Source of the DNA: Hemiscyllium ocellatum
Lineage: Eukaryota
Assembly (NCBI RefSeq): GCF_020745735.1
Contig: NC_083446.1
Coordinates: forward strand, 13,184,068-13,248,067
Direction of reading: 5' to 3'
DNA length: 64,000 bases
Each line of letters starts with the position of its first letter. Position 1 is the stretch's first letter. The position numbers and the translations under genes are program-made. This document shows positions 1 through 11,653 of this stretch, in pieces. The notes under the pieces are model-generated. The model was not told the origin of the DNA, did not search any database, and was given only the letters and a program-made list of their open reading frames with translations.

Positions 1-262
1 ACTAGGATTCAAATCCCACCACAGATGGTGGAATTTGATTCAATAAAAATCTGGAATTAAGAGTCTAATGATGATCATGAAGCCATTGTCGATTGTCATT
101 AAAAGCTCACTAATGCCCTATAGGGAGGGAAACTGCCAGCCTAACCTGGTCTGGCCAACACGTGACTCCAGACCCACAGCAATATGGTTGACTCTTAACT
201 GCCCTCTGGGCAATTAGGGATGGGCAATAAATGCAAGCCTAGCCAGAGACACCCTCGATCCA
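1..262 (+). mobile_element. tRNA-derived shark SINE (family B), 5'-truncated by window edge
   Basis: B-box-like ggattcaaatccc, body ctggtctggcc..gtgactccagacccacagcaat, tail ttagggatgggcaataaatgc shared with LINE family B; second copy at 46060-46380. Confidence 0.75.
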
Positions 263-673
263 TCAAGGAACAAAAAAAAAGCTGAGAGTGTCAAGGCTAT
301 TCAGAATGGGTAACAAATGCTGGCCTAACCAGAAATGTCCACAGCTCATGCAAAAATACTCAAATAAATACATTGCTTCTGTCCCAGGATTTACAGAAAT
401 TTGGGAAATCACAAGCAGTGCATTCACCCCCATCTATCCATGATCATAGGAAGCTACAGGACATTTGCCAGCTTTCTATCCCAAAAGTGGAGTAGTCAAT
501 AAGAGGGCAATTGTTCTCTATTCTGGACAGTTGGCATATGACATTAGAGACAAATATAATTTATTGGACAACAAGCCCCAAGTGCAGGAAGTCAGAATAC
601 TGCAAAAACAAACACAGTCACGTCTCAGACTGTACAAACAGCAGCAAAAGCAGGAGAATCCTAACTCCTGGAG

Positions 674-1432
674 TCACTTGTGAACTTGCTGGTGTCTCAG
701 CAGGTGGGATGACTGAGTGAATCCCTTTCCACACTGGGAGCAGGGGAACGGTTTCTCTCCAGTGTGAATGCGTTGATGTCTTTGCAGTGTGGATAAACGA
801 CTGAATCCCTTCCCACACAAGCAGCAGGAGAATGGTCTCTCCCCACTGTGAACAGCCTGGTGTGTGAGATGCTGGGATGACGTGGTGAATCCCTTCCCGC
901 ACATGGAGCAGACAAATGGCTTCTCCCCAGTGTGAACCCGCTTGTGCTCTGTCAGGTGGGATGAACAAGTAAATCCCTTTCCACACTCAGAGCAGACAAA
1001 CGGTCTCTCTCCAGTATGAACACGCAGATGTTCAGTCAGATTAGATGAACACCTGAACCTCTTCCCACACTGTGAGCAAGTGAATGGTCTTTCTCCTGTG
1101 TGCACACGTAGGTGCTTTGAGAGTTGAGATGAAGTCCTGAACCTCTTGCTGCATTTGCCACAGACGAATGGCCTCTCCTCCGTGTGAAGTCGCTGATGTT
1201 GAATTAAACACCCAGAGCTCTTAAAGCTTCTCCCACACTCAGAACATTTAAAGGGTTTCTCATCAGTGTGAATTCGCTGGTGTGACACTAGGCTAGATGG
1301 CTGAGTGAATCCCTTCCCACACAGAGAGCAGATGAACGGTCTCTCCCCAGTGTGAGTACGTAGATGAGTTTCCAGGTGAGATGGACAGCTGAATCCCTTC
1401 CCACAGTTCCCACACTTCCACGGTTTCTCCAT
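674..1432 (-). CDS. C2H2 zinc-finger protein, 9 fingers, no KRAB/SCAN/BTB domain (ZNF gene 1)
   Basis: 252-aa ORF of tandem CxxC..HxxxH fingers with TGE(R/K)P linkers; gccATGg Kozak; acceptor ttccctttgtag gives exon start at ~1737. Confidence 0.93.
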   Translation of the reverse strand: MEKPWKCGNCGKGFSCPSHLETHLRTHTGERPFICSLCGKGFTQPSSLVSHQRIHTDEKPFKCSECGRSFKSSGCLIQHQRLHTEERPFVCGKCSKRFRTSSQLSKHLRVHTGERPFTCSQCGKRFRCSSNLTEHLRVHTGERPFVCSECGKGFTCSSHLTEHKRVHTGEKPFVCSMCGKGFTTSSQHLTHQAVHSGERPFSCCLCGKGFSRLSTLQRHQRIHTGEKPFPCSQCGKGFTQSSHLLRHQQVHK

Positions 1433-1737
1433 GGCATGGGTGCACTTGTGACTTTTCAGATTGGATAGTCAGTTGGATCGTCCTCCACATACAGGCATCT
1501 CCGCGCATTGAATGATGCAATGTTTCTTACACACTGTGTAACTGGTTAAAGCTTTTACCACAGTCACTTCACCAAAGCATGCTCACTCAGCACGTTTTCA
1601 GTCACACTGATGTTTGAAACCTTTTCCCAAACAAAAATACCTTTTCTTCCACGTTCAAAGGATAATGATATTCTGGTCCTGATGTTTCAAATAACTGTCT
1701 AATATGGATGTATAGTTTATCCTCCTCTTCTAACACC
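1433..1737 (-). other. 5' leader of ZNF gene 1 containing degenerate zinc-finger remnants
   Basis: Reads ..GKRFQTSV* and ..[22 protein letters not shown]; homologous to 6008-6345. Confidence 0.8.
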
Positions 1738-1970
1738 CTACAAAGGGAAATTAGAAAAGCCATTACTGTCAGTCCAAGATAGGAATTTGTAACAAGCAAT
1801 TCTAATTCCTGTGGATTAATTTTCCTTTCTTGTTTGCCTGAAGTTGTAAATCCCTGGCCTCCACATTCTTCCTCTTGCCTGGGCTGAAGTCATAATCCAT
1901 CACTACTTCTTTCCTGCATAAGAGTAAGAGTAGAAATAGGCCATTCAACTCATCAAGTCTGCTTTGCCAT

Positions 1971-2278
1971 TTAGATTAGATACCCCACAGTGTGGAAATA
2001 GGTCCTTCAGCCCCAACAAGTCCACATCAACCTTCCGTAGAGTAGACCCATTCCCCTACATTCATCCCCTGTCTAATGCACCTAACACTACTGGCAATTT
2101 AGCACAGCCAATTCATCTAACCTGCACATCTTTGGACTGTGGGAGCACCCATAGGAATCTCACGCAGACATGGGGAGAACATGCAAACTCCACACACAGT
2201 TGCCCGTGGCGGGAATTGAACCCAGGTCCCCAATGCTGTGAGGCAGCAATGCTAACCACTGAGCCACCGTGCCACCCA
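1971..2278 (-). mobile_element. HE1-type (V-SINE) tRNA-derived SINE
   Basis: Reverse of ggcacggtggctcagtggttagc..gggttcaattcc head; CR1-like tail ending (aatct)n. Confidence 0.88.
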
Positions 2279-2699
2279 TTTAGTGAGACCACATCTGATA
2301 TGATAATCCTAAACTCTCTTTTCCTGCCTTTGCCCCTGAACACTGGATTCCCTTAACGATTCAAAATTTGGGGATGGATAATGGATAAGAGATATCTTAT
2401 GAAATGCTTTTTAAAAATATCATTATAATGTTCTGGAGGTGGGTGGTGGGAGGGTTTGGCAATCTGGCACATCAGAATAGCTAAACTCAAGGTGATGTTT
2501 CTCATCGCCATTGGCAATAGTCTGGGATTCTTGATTTAAGCTGGGAGCACCTAAACTCTGATGAAGGGTTAACATCAATCTGAAATATTAACTCTGTCTC
2601 TCTTTCCATGAATCTGCTTCTAGTTTTTATCCTTCCTTCTACACTGGCTGGGTTCAGTTCTCTAGCATCAGTGCAGAGTGAGAATGAAATGAATGAGTA

Positions 2700-3210
2700 G
2701 CAAGATGTTGTGAAACTTGAAAGGGTTCAGAAAAGATTTACAAGGATGTTGCCAGGGTTGGAGTATGTGAGCTTTAGGGAGAGGCTGAACAGGCTGGGGC
2801 TGTTTTCCCTGGAGCGTCAGAGGCTGAGGGGTGACCTTATAGAGGTTTACAAAATTATGAGGGGCATGGATAGGATAAATAGAAAAAGTCTTTTCCCTGG
2901 GGTCAGGGAGTCCATAACTAGAGGGCATAGGTTTAGGGTGAGAGGGGAAAGATATAAAAGAGACCTAAGGGACAACGTTTTCACACAGAGGGTGGTAGGT
3001 GTATGGAATGAGCTGCCAGAGGGTGTGGTGGAGGCTGGTACAATTGCAACATTTAAGAGGCATTTGGATGGGTATATGAAAAGGAAGGGTTTGGAGGAAT
3101 ATGGGCCGGGTGCAGGCAGGTGGGACTAGATTGGGTTGGGATATCTGGTCGGCATGGATGGGTTGGACTGAAGGGTCTGTTTCCATATTGTACATCTCTA
3201 TGACTCTATA
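2700..3210 (+). mobile_element. CR1/HER1-type LINE 3' fragment
   Basis: ORF KLERVQKRFTRMLPGLE..RLRGDLIEVYKIMRG..TRGH..FTQRVV..WNELP, then CR1 3' UTR. Confidence 0.93.
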
Positions 3211-4149
3211 ACTCATTTTCTCTACTGGTCACAGGGACCCAGAAGTCTGTTTGCATTCTTTTGCATCCACAAGTTGGCCATATTGATGACCCGTTCCCAC
3301 CGAATGAAAATGAGTGCTATTAATTTAGACCTGTTGTCATGAAAAAAGCAGCCCCAGAACGTAAATGTGGTACCTGCAGGTTCTTAGTTCGGGTTTGCGG
3401 GCTACATTAGGTGTTTCTGAAGCCTGTCCACCCACCTCCTAGGACTTGCTGCCTGACTAGAGATCAGAAGCCTCATCAGAGCTCCAAATGTAACCTTATT
3501 TATTGCCCCTTCACCTACACCCTCTTATGTAACTGGTAAAAGGTTAATCTAATGATTCTATCCATTTTACATTCTCTAGTGACACCATTAATAAAATATA
3601 AAGTTAAGAGAGTCTCACAAACACTGGGGCAGACGGTTTATGGAATTATAAAGATGTTAATATCCTTTAACCTCCCTGGGATGTTAACATAGAACAAAAA
3701 AGCACAGGAACAGATGTTTCAGCACATGATGTTGTGCCAAACATGACACCAAATTAAACTAATCCCTTTTGTCAGCCCATGGTCCATATCATTCTATTCC
3801 TTGCTTATTCATCTTCTTATCTAAAAATCCTTAAACACCCCCAATGTATCTGCCTCTATGACAACCCCTGACAGTGCGCTCCAGATTCCTACCACACTCT
3901 GTATAAAAAAGCCTGTGTCTCACAACCTCCTATGAACTTCCTCCCCTGACATGTCCTCTCATATTAGATTTATATATTTTTAGATTTGATTTAGATGTTA
4001 TTGTTACACGTACTCAAGTAAGAAGAACAGGAGTATAATCAAAAGTATATAAATCACAAGGTGCCATCTTAGGTACAAATTAGTAAGAGAAACAGAGTCA
4101 AAAAGTTAAGCATTACTTCATAGAATAAGTAGAAAAATAAATAAGATAA

Positions 4150-5010
4150 TAGTTAACATTGAAGTCTTTCTTAATTTAAACTAGGAAAATAAAGGGATCA
4201 GTGAAATGTTCACATATTGTGATGTGAAGAAGCCCCATGTTCCTGCCGATAGAAGAGGCAGTGTCCAGCGAAAAAGAGTGACTACTCATGCTGGTGGATG
4301 GAGCGTCAAGTGAGTGGGCTGCTTTATCTTGGACGGTCTCAAATCTCAAGTGTTGTTGGAGTTGCACCCACCCAGGCAACTTCTGATGTACGTCTTGTGG
4401 ACGGTGGACACGCTTTGAGAAGTCAAGAAGTGAATTATTTCCCATAGAATTCATAGTCTCTGACCTATTCGTGTAGCAATGCTTGGCTGGTCCACTTCAG
4501 TATCTGATCAATTGTAAGCCATAGGATATTGAAAATGATGGTGAATGTGATTGAACTTCGATAGTTTGAACCTCCTTTGGTGAAGGTGGCTATTGGCTGG
4601 AAATTTATGGTGAAGATGGTACTTGCCATTTGTCATACTCAGTCAAATATTCTCTTGATGCTAGGAGTAGTCAATCTCTCAGCTCTCCTCTTGATGTCAA
4701 TGCTTTTATCCATCTTTGAACCATGTTCATAATGAGATCAAAAGCTCTGTTTTGGTGGAACCCAAACTGCGTATCAGTGAGCTGGTTATTCATTTGCAAA
4801 TACCACTTCAAAGCACTGTCAGAGACCCCACGTGCAACTTTCTTGATGCCATACAGTAAGGGTGGTAACTGGTCAGGTGGATTTGTTCTGCTTTTTGTGG
4901 ACATAACATACCTGGTCAATTTTCTAGAAGGTGGATACCAATGAGCAGTTAAAAATAGCAATAAATGTTGGCATTGCGAGTGACATGCACATTCCGTAGT
5001 GACTGCTAAA
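4150..5010. mobile_element. Old LINE family B fragments
   Basis: Minus-strand remnant NNQLTDTQFGFHQN..VQRWIKALTSRGE matches 41015-42160. Confidence 0.6.
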
Positions 5011-5339
5011 GAACAGTTCTGCAGCCTATTTCCAGGAATTGCCCATTGTTAATGAACGTCAGCAGAATAAATCAAATTACACAAACCAAAGCAGACTCAA
5101 TATTGTTGTCTTAACCACAACTTACTGGAAAAATTAAGTCAGTCACTCATCTATGTTTGGATTCCGTTGTTGTTGCTGTCAATTTCCCACCAATTCCAAA
5201 TACCATTCTGCCTAATGGATAATGGAGAGTCTGTACACTTGGTTTTCTGTATAACATGTGTTTTATTGAGTGCCTGTCCCTTACGTTACTTCCCCCAGAG
5301 AGTTCTCCACTTAGTAGCAAAACAAGTGGCAGTGTGTAA

Positions 5340-5830
5340 AACGGATGCTCAATGGTGGCGTAAATACCCGGCATACAATGCGATGGAGCATCTCATCTGT
5401 CTACATTATAGGAAAGCAGTACACATGCGCACTACGGAACAGCCTTTGGAGCATGCGCAGGGCGATCGACGGTGACGTGTGAGCGATGTTCGTTGGGTCT
5501 GAGGCCGATAAAGATGCGGATTCGCGGAGGGAGCCACGGAGTCGGCGGCTGGGCGGGGAGGGTTCCTAAATACTTGGGGAATGCCTGACTCCTTGAATAC
5601 GAACCTGCAGGTCTCGTGTTTTCCGATCCGAGTCTTTGACCAAGCAAACGCCCCGATGAACGGCAGCCATCTTTGTTCAGCGGGAACAGAACGCATGCGC
5701 AAGTCTTCTGGGGACGTGAGGGGTGGGTGGGGCCTCGCAGCTTGTTTCTCAACCAGGTCCTAGTGCTTGGCATTGAACCTCACTCACCAAACCAGGATTG
5801 TGTTCGGCTGGATGGGAACTAGCAGGTGGG
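5340..5830. promoter_or_regulatory. CpG-rich bidirectional promoter P1 between divergent ZNF genes 1 and 2
   Basis: CpG cluster; NRF1-like CATGCGCA at ~5424, ~5452, ~5694; YY1-like GCCATCTT at ~5666; donor-like cag/gtgggc at ~5826. Confidence 0.75.
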
Positions 5831-6007
5831 CTGAATGTTCCCGAACATTTGCTACTCTTGTTAGGGTAGTTCGTTTTTGGTTCTTTTAGTTTCACTTGAC
5901 CACGTGTGTTGGAAATGAGGGGAAAGAATGTTTCACAGAAGGTGGAACCTTCTGTTCTTTACTTCTATCCTGGATTGATATTGACACTAACACTCTTCCT
6001 TTTACAG

Positions 6008-6345
6008 GATATTAGAAAAGCATGATGTACAGACAGGAAACTCAAATTGAGCGTAGCTACAGGATCAGAGCTACAACTAGAGACAGAACTACTCGATTCC
6101 TCAGGGCCTGAATATCACCTGTCTTTGAATGTGGGAAGAGAAGTGTTTTTCTGGTCTTGTTGTGTGGGAAGTGTTTTCTAATATCACTGTGACTGGGAAA
6201 ACACAGAGATGCTCACAGCCGAGTGAGTGTGCCGACTGTGGAAATCCTGAAGCAACATTATATTCACAGCAGGAAGACATTAGTACAGGTGTTCTGTGTG
6301 GTCCAGCCTTCAACAGATCATTCAACGTGAAGCAACACTGACACT
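6008..6345 (+). other. 5' leader of ZNF gene 2 with degenerate fingers and a uORF
   Basis: Acceptor cttttacag/GATATTAG at 6007/6008; remnants ECADCGN and [14 protein letters not shown]; upstream ATG at 6022. Confidence 0.75.
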
Positions 6346-6936
6346 ATGGAGAAACCATGGAAATGTGCAGACTGTGGGAAGGGATTCAGTTCTCCGTCCC
6401 AGCTGGAAGCTCATCGGCGCAGTCACACTGGAGAGAGGCCGTTTACATGTTCTGAGTGTGGAAGGGGATTCACACTGTCATCCAGCCTTCAGTTACACCG
6501 GCGGGTTCACACCGATGAGAGGCCTTTTAAATGCTTTGACTGTGGGAACTGCTTTAAAATCTCACCAGATCTAATTAAACATCAGCTTGTTCACAGTGAT
6601 GAGAGACCGTTTGGTTGCTCTCGCTGTGAGAAGAGATTCAGACAATCATCTCACCTCATTCAACACCAAAGAGTTCACACTGGGGAGAGGCCATACATCT
6701 GCTCTATGTGTGGGAAGGGCTTCACTTCGTCGTCCAACCTGGTAACACACCAACGGGTTCACACAGGGGAGAAGGTGTTCATTTGCTCTGAGTGTGGTAA
6801 GGGGTTTTCTCAGTCATCCAATCTGCGGTCCCACCAGCGGGTTCACACTGGGGAGAGGCCATTCATCTGCTCTGTGTGTGGGAGGAGATTTGCTCGTTCA
6901 GCTCACTTGCTGACACACCAGCGAGTTCACAATTGA
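6346..6936 (+). CDS. C2H2 zinc-finger protein, 7 fingers, no KRAB (ZNF gene 2)
   Basis: 196-aa ORF of intact fingers and linkers, starting MEKPWKC in actATGg context. Confidence 0.93.
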   Translation: MEKPWKCADCGKGFSSPSQLEAHRRSHTGERPFTCSECGRGFTLSSSLQLHRRVHTDERPFKCFDCGNCFKISPDLIKHQLVHSDERPFGCSRCEKRFRQSSHLIQHQRVHTGERPYICSMCGKGFTSSSNLVTHQRVHTGEKVFICSECGKGFSQSSNLRSHQRVHTGERPFICSVCGRRFARSAHLLTHQRVHN

Positions 6937-7611
6937 CTACTAGGATTGGAATCTGCAGTGTGTTATCGAAAATGAGAGAGAGAAACAGGAGTGGGCCATA
7001 CCATTCTGCAATTCAGTATAATCCTGGTTAATCATCAGACCTTTTTGCCTGTTCCTATATCCCTCAATTCTCTGGCAAACCAATACTCTGTTTACCTTAG
7101 TTAACCAGAAGGAGGAAATGAACACTTACCTGATGAGGCAGCCCTATGGTCCATCAAGTCTGTGCCAGCCCAATCTCCCTTTCCAGCTCCTGCTCTGTGA
7201 CCTGACACAGGTCAAGTGTAAATCCAGCACTTTTCAAATGTGAGGAAACTTTCTGCTTCTCCTGCCCAATCAGGCAGTGATTGGGCATACAAGTCCATTC
7301 ACAATGAAAATGTTTCTCAAATCTCTTCTATTCCAATTACGTTAAATTTGCCATCTATTAGTTGTTGATCTCTCTCTCTGCTCAAGAAGGATGAATGGAC
7401 AGGAAAACTGATGTCAGGCCCTATTGGTTGTATTCACATCTTCCCAGAGTTAAAGAGCTGAACCCATCATTCTCCACAAACTCTGTAGTACTGGCAAACT
7501 TCTTAATAACACTCCACTGACCACTTTCCTGTGATCACATTATAACTGGAGCATGGTGATTGGAACTGGATGCTGTCATCTGATATGGTCTGAAAATGGC
7601 TATGACTGAAT

Positions 7612-7930
7612 AGAATCATTAAGATCCCTACAGTGTGGAAGTAGGCCATTCGGTCCATCAAGGCCCACACTGATCCTCTGAAGAGCATCCCAGCCAGACC
7701 CACCACCCTACCCTATTCCTGTAACCCTGCTTTTCCCATGGCCAATCCATCTAACTTGCACATTTTTGTACTTTTGGGTGGGGGTGGGGGGGGTTGAAGG
7801 AAGGACATGGAACACCTGGAGAAGACCCACACAGACACTAGGAGAATGTGCAAACTTCACACACACAGTCGCTCGAGGGTGGAATCAAATCCACGTCCCT
7901 AGGCTGTGAAGCAGCAGAGCGAACAATTGA
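7612..7930 (-). mobile_element. HE1-type SINE, diverged
   Basis: Homologous to 1971-2278. Confidence 0.75.
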
Positions 7931-8244
7931 CTTAGAATGAGGAACCAATGATGTGTATACATTATATATAAAGTGTTTAATAATTGTATAAATATAGGAA
8001 GCTAACAATCAAGAGGGTGAGAGTTCTATGGAGTGTGGCTAACTGAAATAAAGCTCTCAGAAGTTTCAACTTGAAGTCTGTTTAAGTATAGTGTCTTTTT
8101 GATGTATAAAATTGATAACAGAAAACGGTTGAGTCAAAATGTAAATGTTTAAAGGTAAGATTACCCATCCCTCCCTTCTGAAAATGAACCTTTTGATTAG
8201 TAGAAGCATATAGTTACAATTTGGAGTTGAGCTACTTTTAGAAT

Positions 8245-9960
8245 CAGAGTCACATAGCACAGAAACAGAGCTTTCAGTCCAATTAGTCCACACTACCATG
8301 TTTCCCAAACTAAAATAATCCCATTTGCCTGCATTTGGCCGATATCCCTCCAAACCTCTCCTATTCATGTACTTATTCCAAATGTCTTTTAAATGCTGTA
8401 GCTGTAACCACGCCCACCACTCTTTAAAAAAGTTGCCCCCTTTATAAAACTTTTTCCTCTCGCCTTAAAAATTCCCTTCTTGTTTTGAACTTAGCCACCC
8501 AAGGGAAAAGACCTTAGCTATTCTTCTTATCTATACCCCTCAATTTTATAAACTTCTAATGTCACCCTCAATATCCTATGCTCCAGTGAAAAATGACCCA
8601 GCATATCAAGCCTATATTTATAATTTAAACGTCCATCCCCAGTATTATGAAGCTGAGGTAGTCATCCCTCTGATAATTAAAACTGGAACACCCAGAAAAG
8701 ATCACCTCACCTTAGAATCTGATAATACAAGTGTGAAAAGTGGTATAACCTATACCTCTTACTCTGAATCTGTTACAAAGGGGTGGTTAAATGAAATGGA
8801 ATCCTTTTACCCACTCTAACTAACAATTTATTTATCTAACTCCAAAAGTGAACAAATTAACAGAACATATTAAAACAGAATAAATCTCTCTGACTATTAT
8901 CTAATTCCCTTACTGAACTAAGTTCCAGCAATTATGCTGTTTCAGTGACACAAACCCACTTATACCAGTTAACAAGAACAATAAGTTAAAACTTAGTCTC
9001 TACACATAGAATGAATCCTCCAGACTGCTCCTCTTCCACTCCACTGATTCTGCTGTTGTGGATGTTTTTGTTATAATTCTTCTGTTCTGAACACCTCTCT
9101 GTGTTGAATTCTTCATGTCTAAAATGCCTTCTCAGTCATTTTCTCATATCAAGAATATTCACGAAAGATTTACATTTATAGATAGATTGTGCTTTTTTTC
9201 AAAGAGAGGGCATGGAACTTTCTTATAGGAGTCTGGAAGTTCTTTCTCCGATAACAATTTGCTCTCTCTTCCCTTCAGAGGGTAGTTGGCTCTTCCTGTC
9301 TGTCCAATCCCTCTATTAGATACCCTTCATGCCACATCAGATTCTTATAATATGATTGGTTTCAGATTGTCAACCCCATCAGATTTGAATTTAATTGGTC
9401 ATTAGTCTCCAAGTGCACCTCTAAATTAATTGGCTGAATTTAAACTGATGTCTGGGTAAAAATACTGCTTGGGCCTGCTAACTGAATGGCTTTTTGATAT
9501 ATTATGTTAAATGGAACATCTACAGCTGCTTACCTATAGACGTTCATTTTTAAATCTTGTAGCATAACAAGCACTTTATCTTAAAGAGATGACATCATGC
9601 TTTCCCCCATTTTACAATTTTAGCATTTTTGCACACCAACTTTGTGACACCGGTAACATCCTTTAAATCTTTCCTGAACCCTCTCCAATTTAACAATATC
9701 CTTCCTATAGCAGGCTGACCAGAATTGTAACAGTCTTCAGGAAGACCTCACCAATGTCCTGTATAACTTCAACATGACGTCCCAACTATTGTACTCAAAG
9801 ATCTGAGCAGTGAAAACAAGTGTGGTAAATGCCTTTTAACCACCCTGTCTATCTATGATGGAGATTTGTAAGAATTACGTATCTGTACCTCTAGGTCTCT
9901 GTTCTACAACACTAGCCAGCGATCTACCGTTAATTGTATCAGTCATGCCCTTGTTTGTTT
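8245..9960 (-). mobile_element. CR1 3' fragment split by a solo LTR
   Basis: CR1 tail and ORF2 remnants at 8245-8642, resuming at ~9650. Confidence 0.75.
8643..9649 (-). mobile_element. Solo LTR
   Basis: Ends t(a)ttatg...gtgaca, flanked by ccag/ccgg; left end homologous to reverse complement of the 34930-35014 LTR end. Confidence 0.65.
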
Positions 9961-10279
9961 TACTAAGATGAATTTGGTTACTACTTCAATGTTGGAGGAG
10001 TCATGAATGGTGCTGAACATTGTGCAATCATGGGTGAACATCCCTACTTCCGACCTTACAAGGTCATTGATGAAAATGGTTGGGCTGAGGACATTAACCT
10101 GAGGAAAGGACTCTTTGGGTGCAATGGTAGTCTCCCTACCTCTGAGCCAGGAGGAATAGCTGCTAGTCCCATCTGCTCCAGGGCTGTGTCATAACACATC
10201 ATAGAGTCATTGAGATGTCTCCAAATAGGTTAATTTGAAAATATCTACCCTGAGGAATTTCTTTAGAAATGTCCTGAAA

Positions 10280-11610
10280 GTGTATGAGCAAGTTGTTGGA
10301 GGGAATCCTGAGGGACAGGATTTGGAAAGGCAAGGACTGATTAGCGAGAGTTAACATGGCTTTGTGCGTGGGAAATCATGTCTAATGAACTTGATTGAGT
10401 TTTTTGAAGAAGTAACAAAGAGGATTGATGAGGGCAGAACAATGGACGTGATCTAAATGGACTTCAGTAAGGCATTCGATTAGGTTCCCCATGAGGGATT
10501 GGTTAGATCACATGGAATACCGGGAGAACTAGCCATTTGGATACAGAGCTGGCTCGTAGGTAGAAGACAGAGGATGGTGGTGAAGGGCTGTTTTTCAGAC
10601 TGGAGGCCTGTGCCTCAAGGATCGGTGCTGGATCCACTACGTTTCATCATTTGTATAAATGATTTGGATGTGAACATAGGAGGGATTGCTAGTAAGTTTC
10701 AGATGACACCTAAATTGGAGGTGTGGTGGACAGCGAAGAAGGTTACCTCAGATTACAATGGCATCTTGGGCCAATGGGCTGAGGAGTTGCAGATGGAGTT
10801 TGATTTAAATAAATACGAGGTGCTGCATTTTGGAAAAGTAAATCTGAGCAGGACTTATACACTTAATGGTAAGGTCCTGGGGAGTGTTGCTGAACAAAGA
10901 GACCTTAGAGCGCAGGTTCATAGTTCCTTGAAAGTAGAGTCGCAGGTAGCTAGGATAGTGAAGAAGGCATTTGGTATGCTTTACTTTATTGGTCAGAGTA
11001 TTGAGTACAGGAGGTGGGAGGTCATGTTGCAGCTGTACAGGACATTGGTTTGGCCACTTTTGGAATATTGCGTGCAATTCTGGTCTCGTTCCTATCAGAA
11101 AGATATTGTGAAACTTGAAAGGGTTCAGAAAAGATTAGAAGGATGTTGTCAGGGTTGGAGAATTTGAGCGATAGGGAGAGACTGAATAGGCTGGGGCTGT
11201 TTTCCCTGGATCGTCGGAAGCTGTTGGGTGACCTGATAGAGATTAATAAGATCATGAAGGACATGGATAGGATAACTAGACAAGGTCTTTTCCCTGGTGT
11301 GGGGGGAGTCCAGAACTAGAGGGGATGGGTTTAGGATGAGAGGGGAAAGATATAAAAGAAACCTAAGGAGCAGCTTTTTCACACAGAGTGTGGTGCGTGT
11401 ATGGAATGAGCTGCCAGAGGAAGTGGTGGAGGCTGGTACAATTACAGCATTTAAAAGGCATCTGGATGAGCATACGAATAAGAAGGGCTTGGAGGGATAT
11501 GGGCCAGGTGCTGGGAAATGGCTCTAGACTAGGTTGGGATATCTGGTCGGCATGGACGAGTTGGACTGAAGGGTCTGTTTCCATGCTGTATATCTCTGTG
11601 ATTCAATGAC
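10280..11610 (+). mobile_element. CR1 LINE, RT domain to 3' end, decayed
   Basis: QHGF..GKSCL.NLIEFFEEV, PQGSVL, INDLD and YCVQFWS motifs with frameshifts. Confidence 0.93.
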
Positions 11611-11653
11611 TCCAATCTATTAAAACCTGAACTATGATCCTGCGTGCCAGATG

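Noticed and set aside
618-986. Alternative-frame and antisense ORFs over the ZNF genes (also 6296-6574, 37207-37776)
   Set aside because: Expected shadows of repetitive finger codons.
1465-1610. In-frame TGA-CTA/TGA-CTG upstream of gene 1 as readthrough or selenocysteine codons
   Set aside because: Upstream segments are in different frames, gene 2 is frameshifted there, and no SECIS was seen; CGA>TGA decay suffices.
3284-3420. C/D-box snoRNA-like TGATGA...CTGA
   Set aside because: No terminal stem or recognisable guide; the motifs are common by chance.
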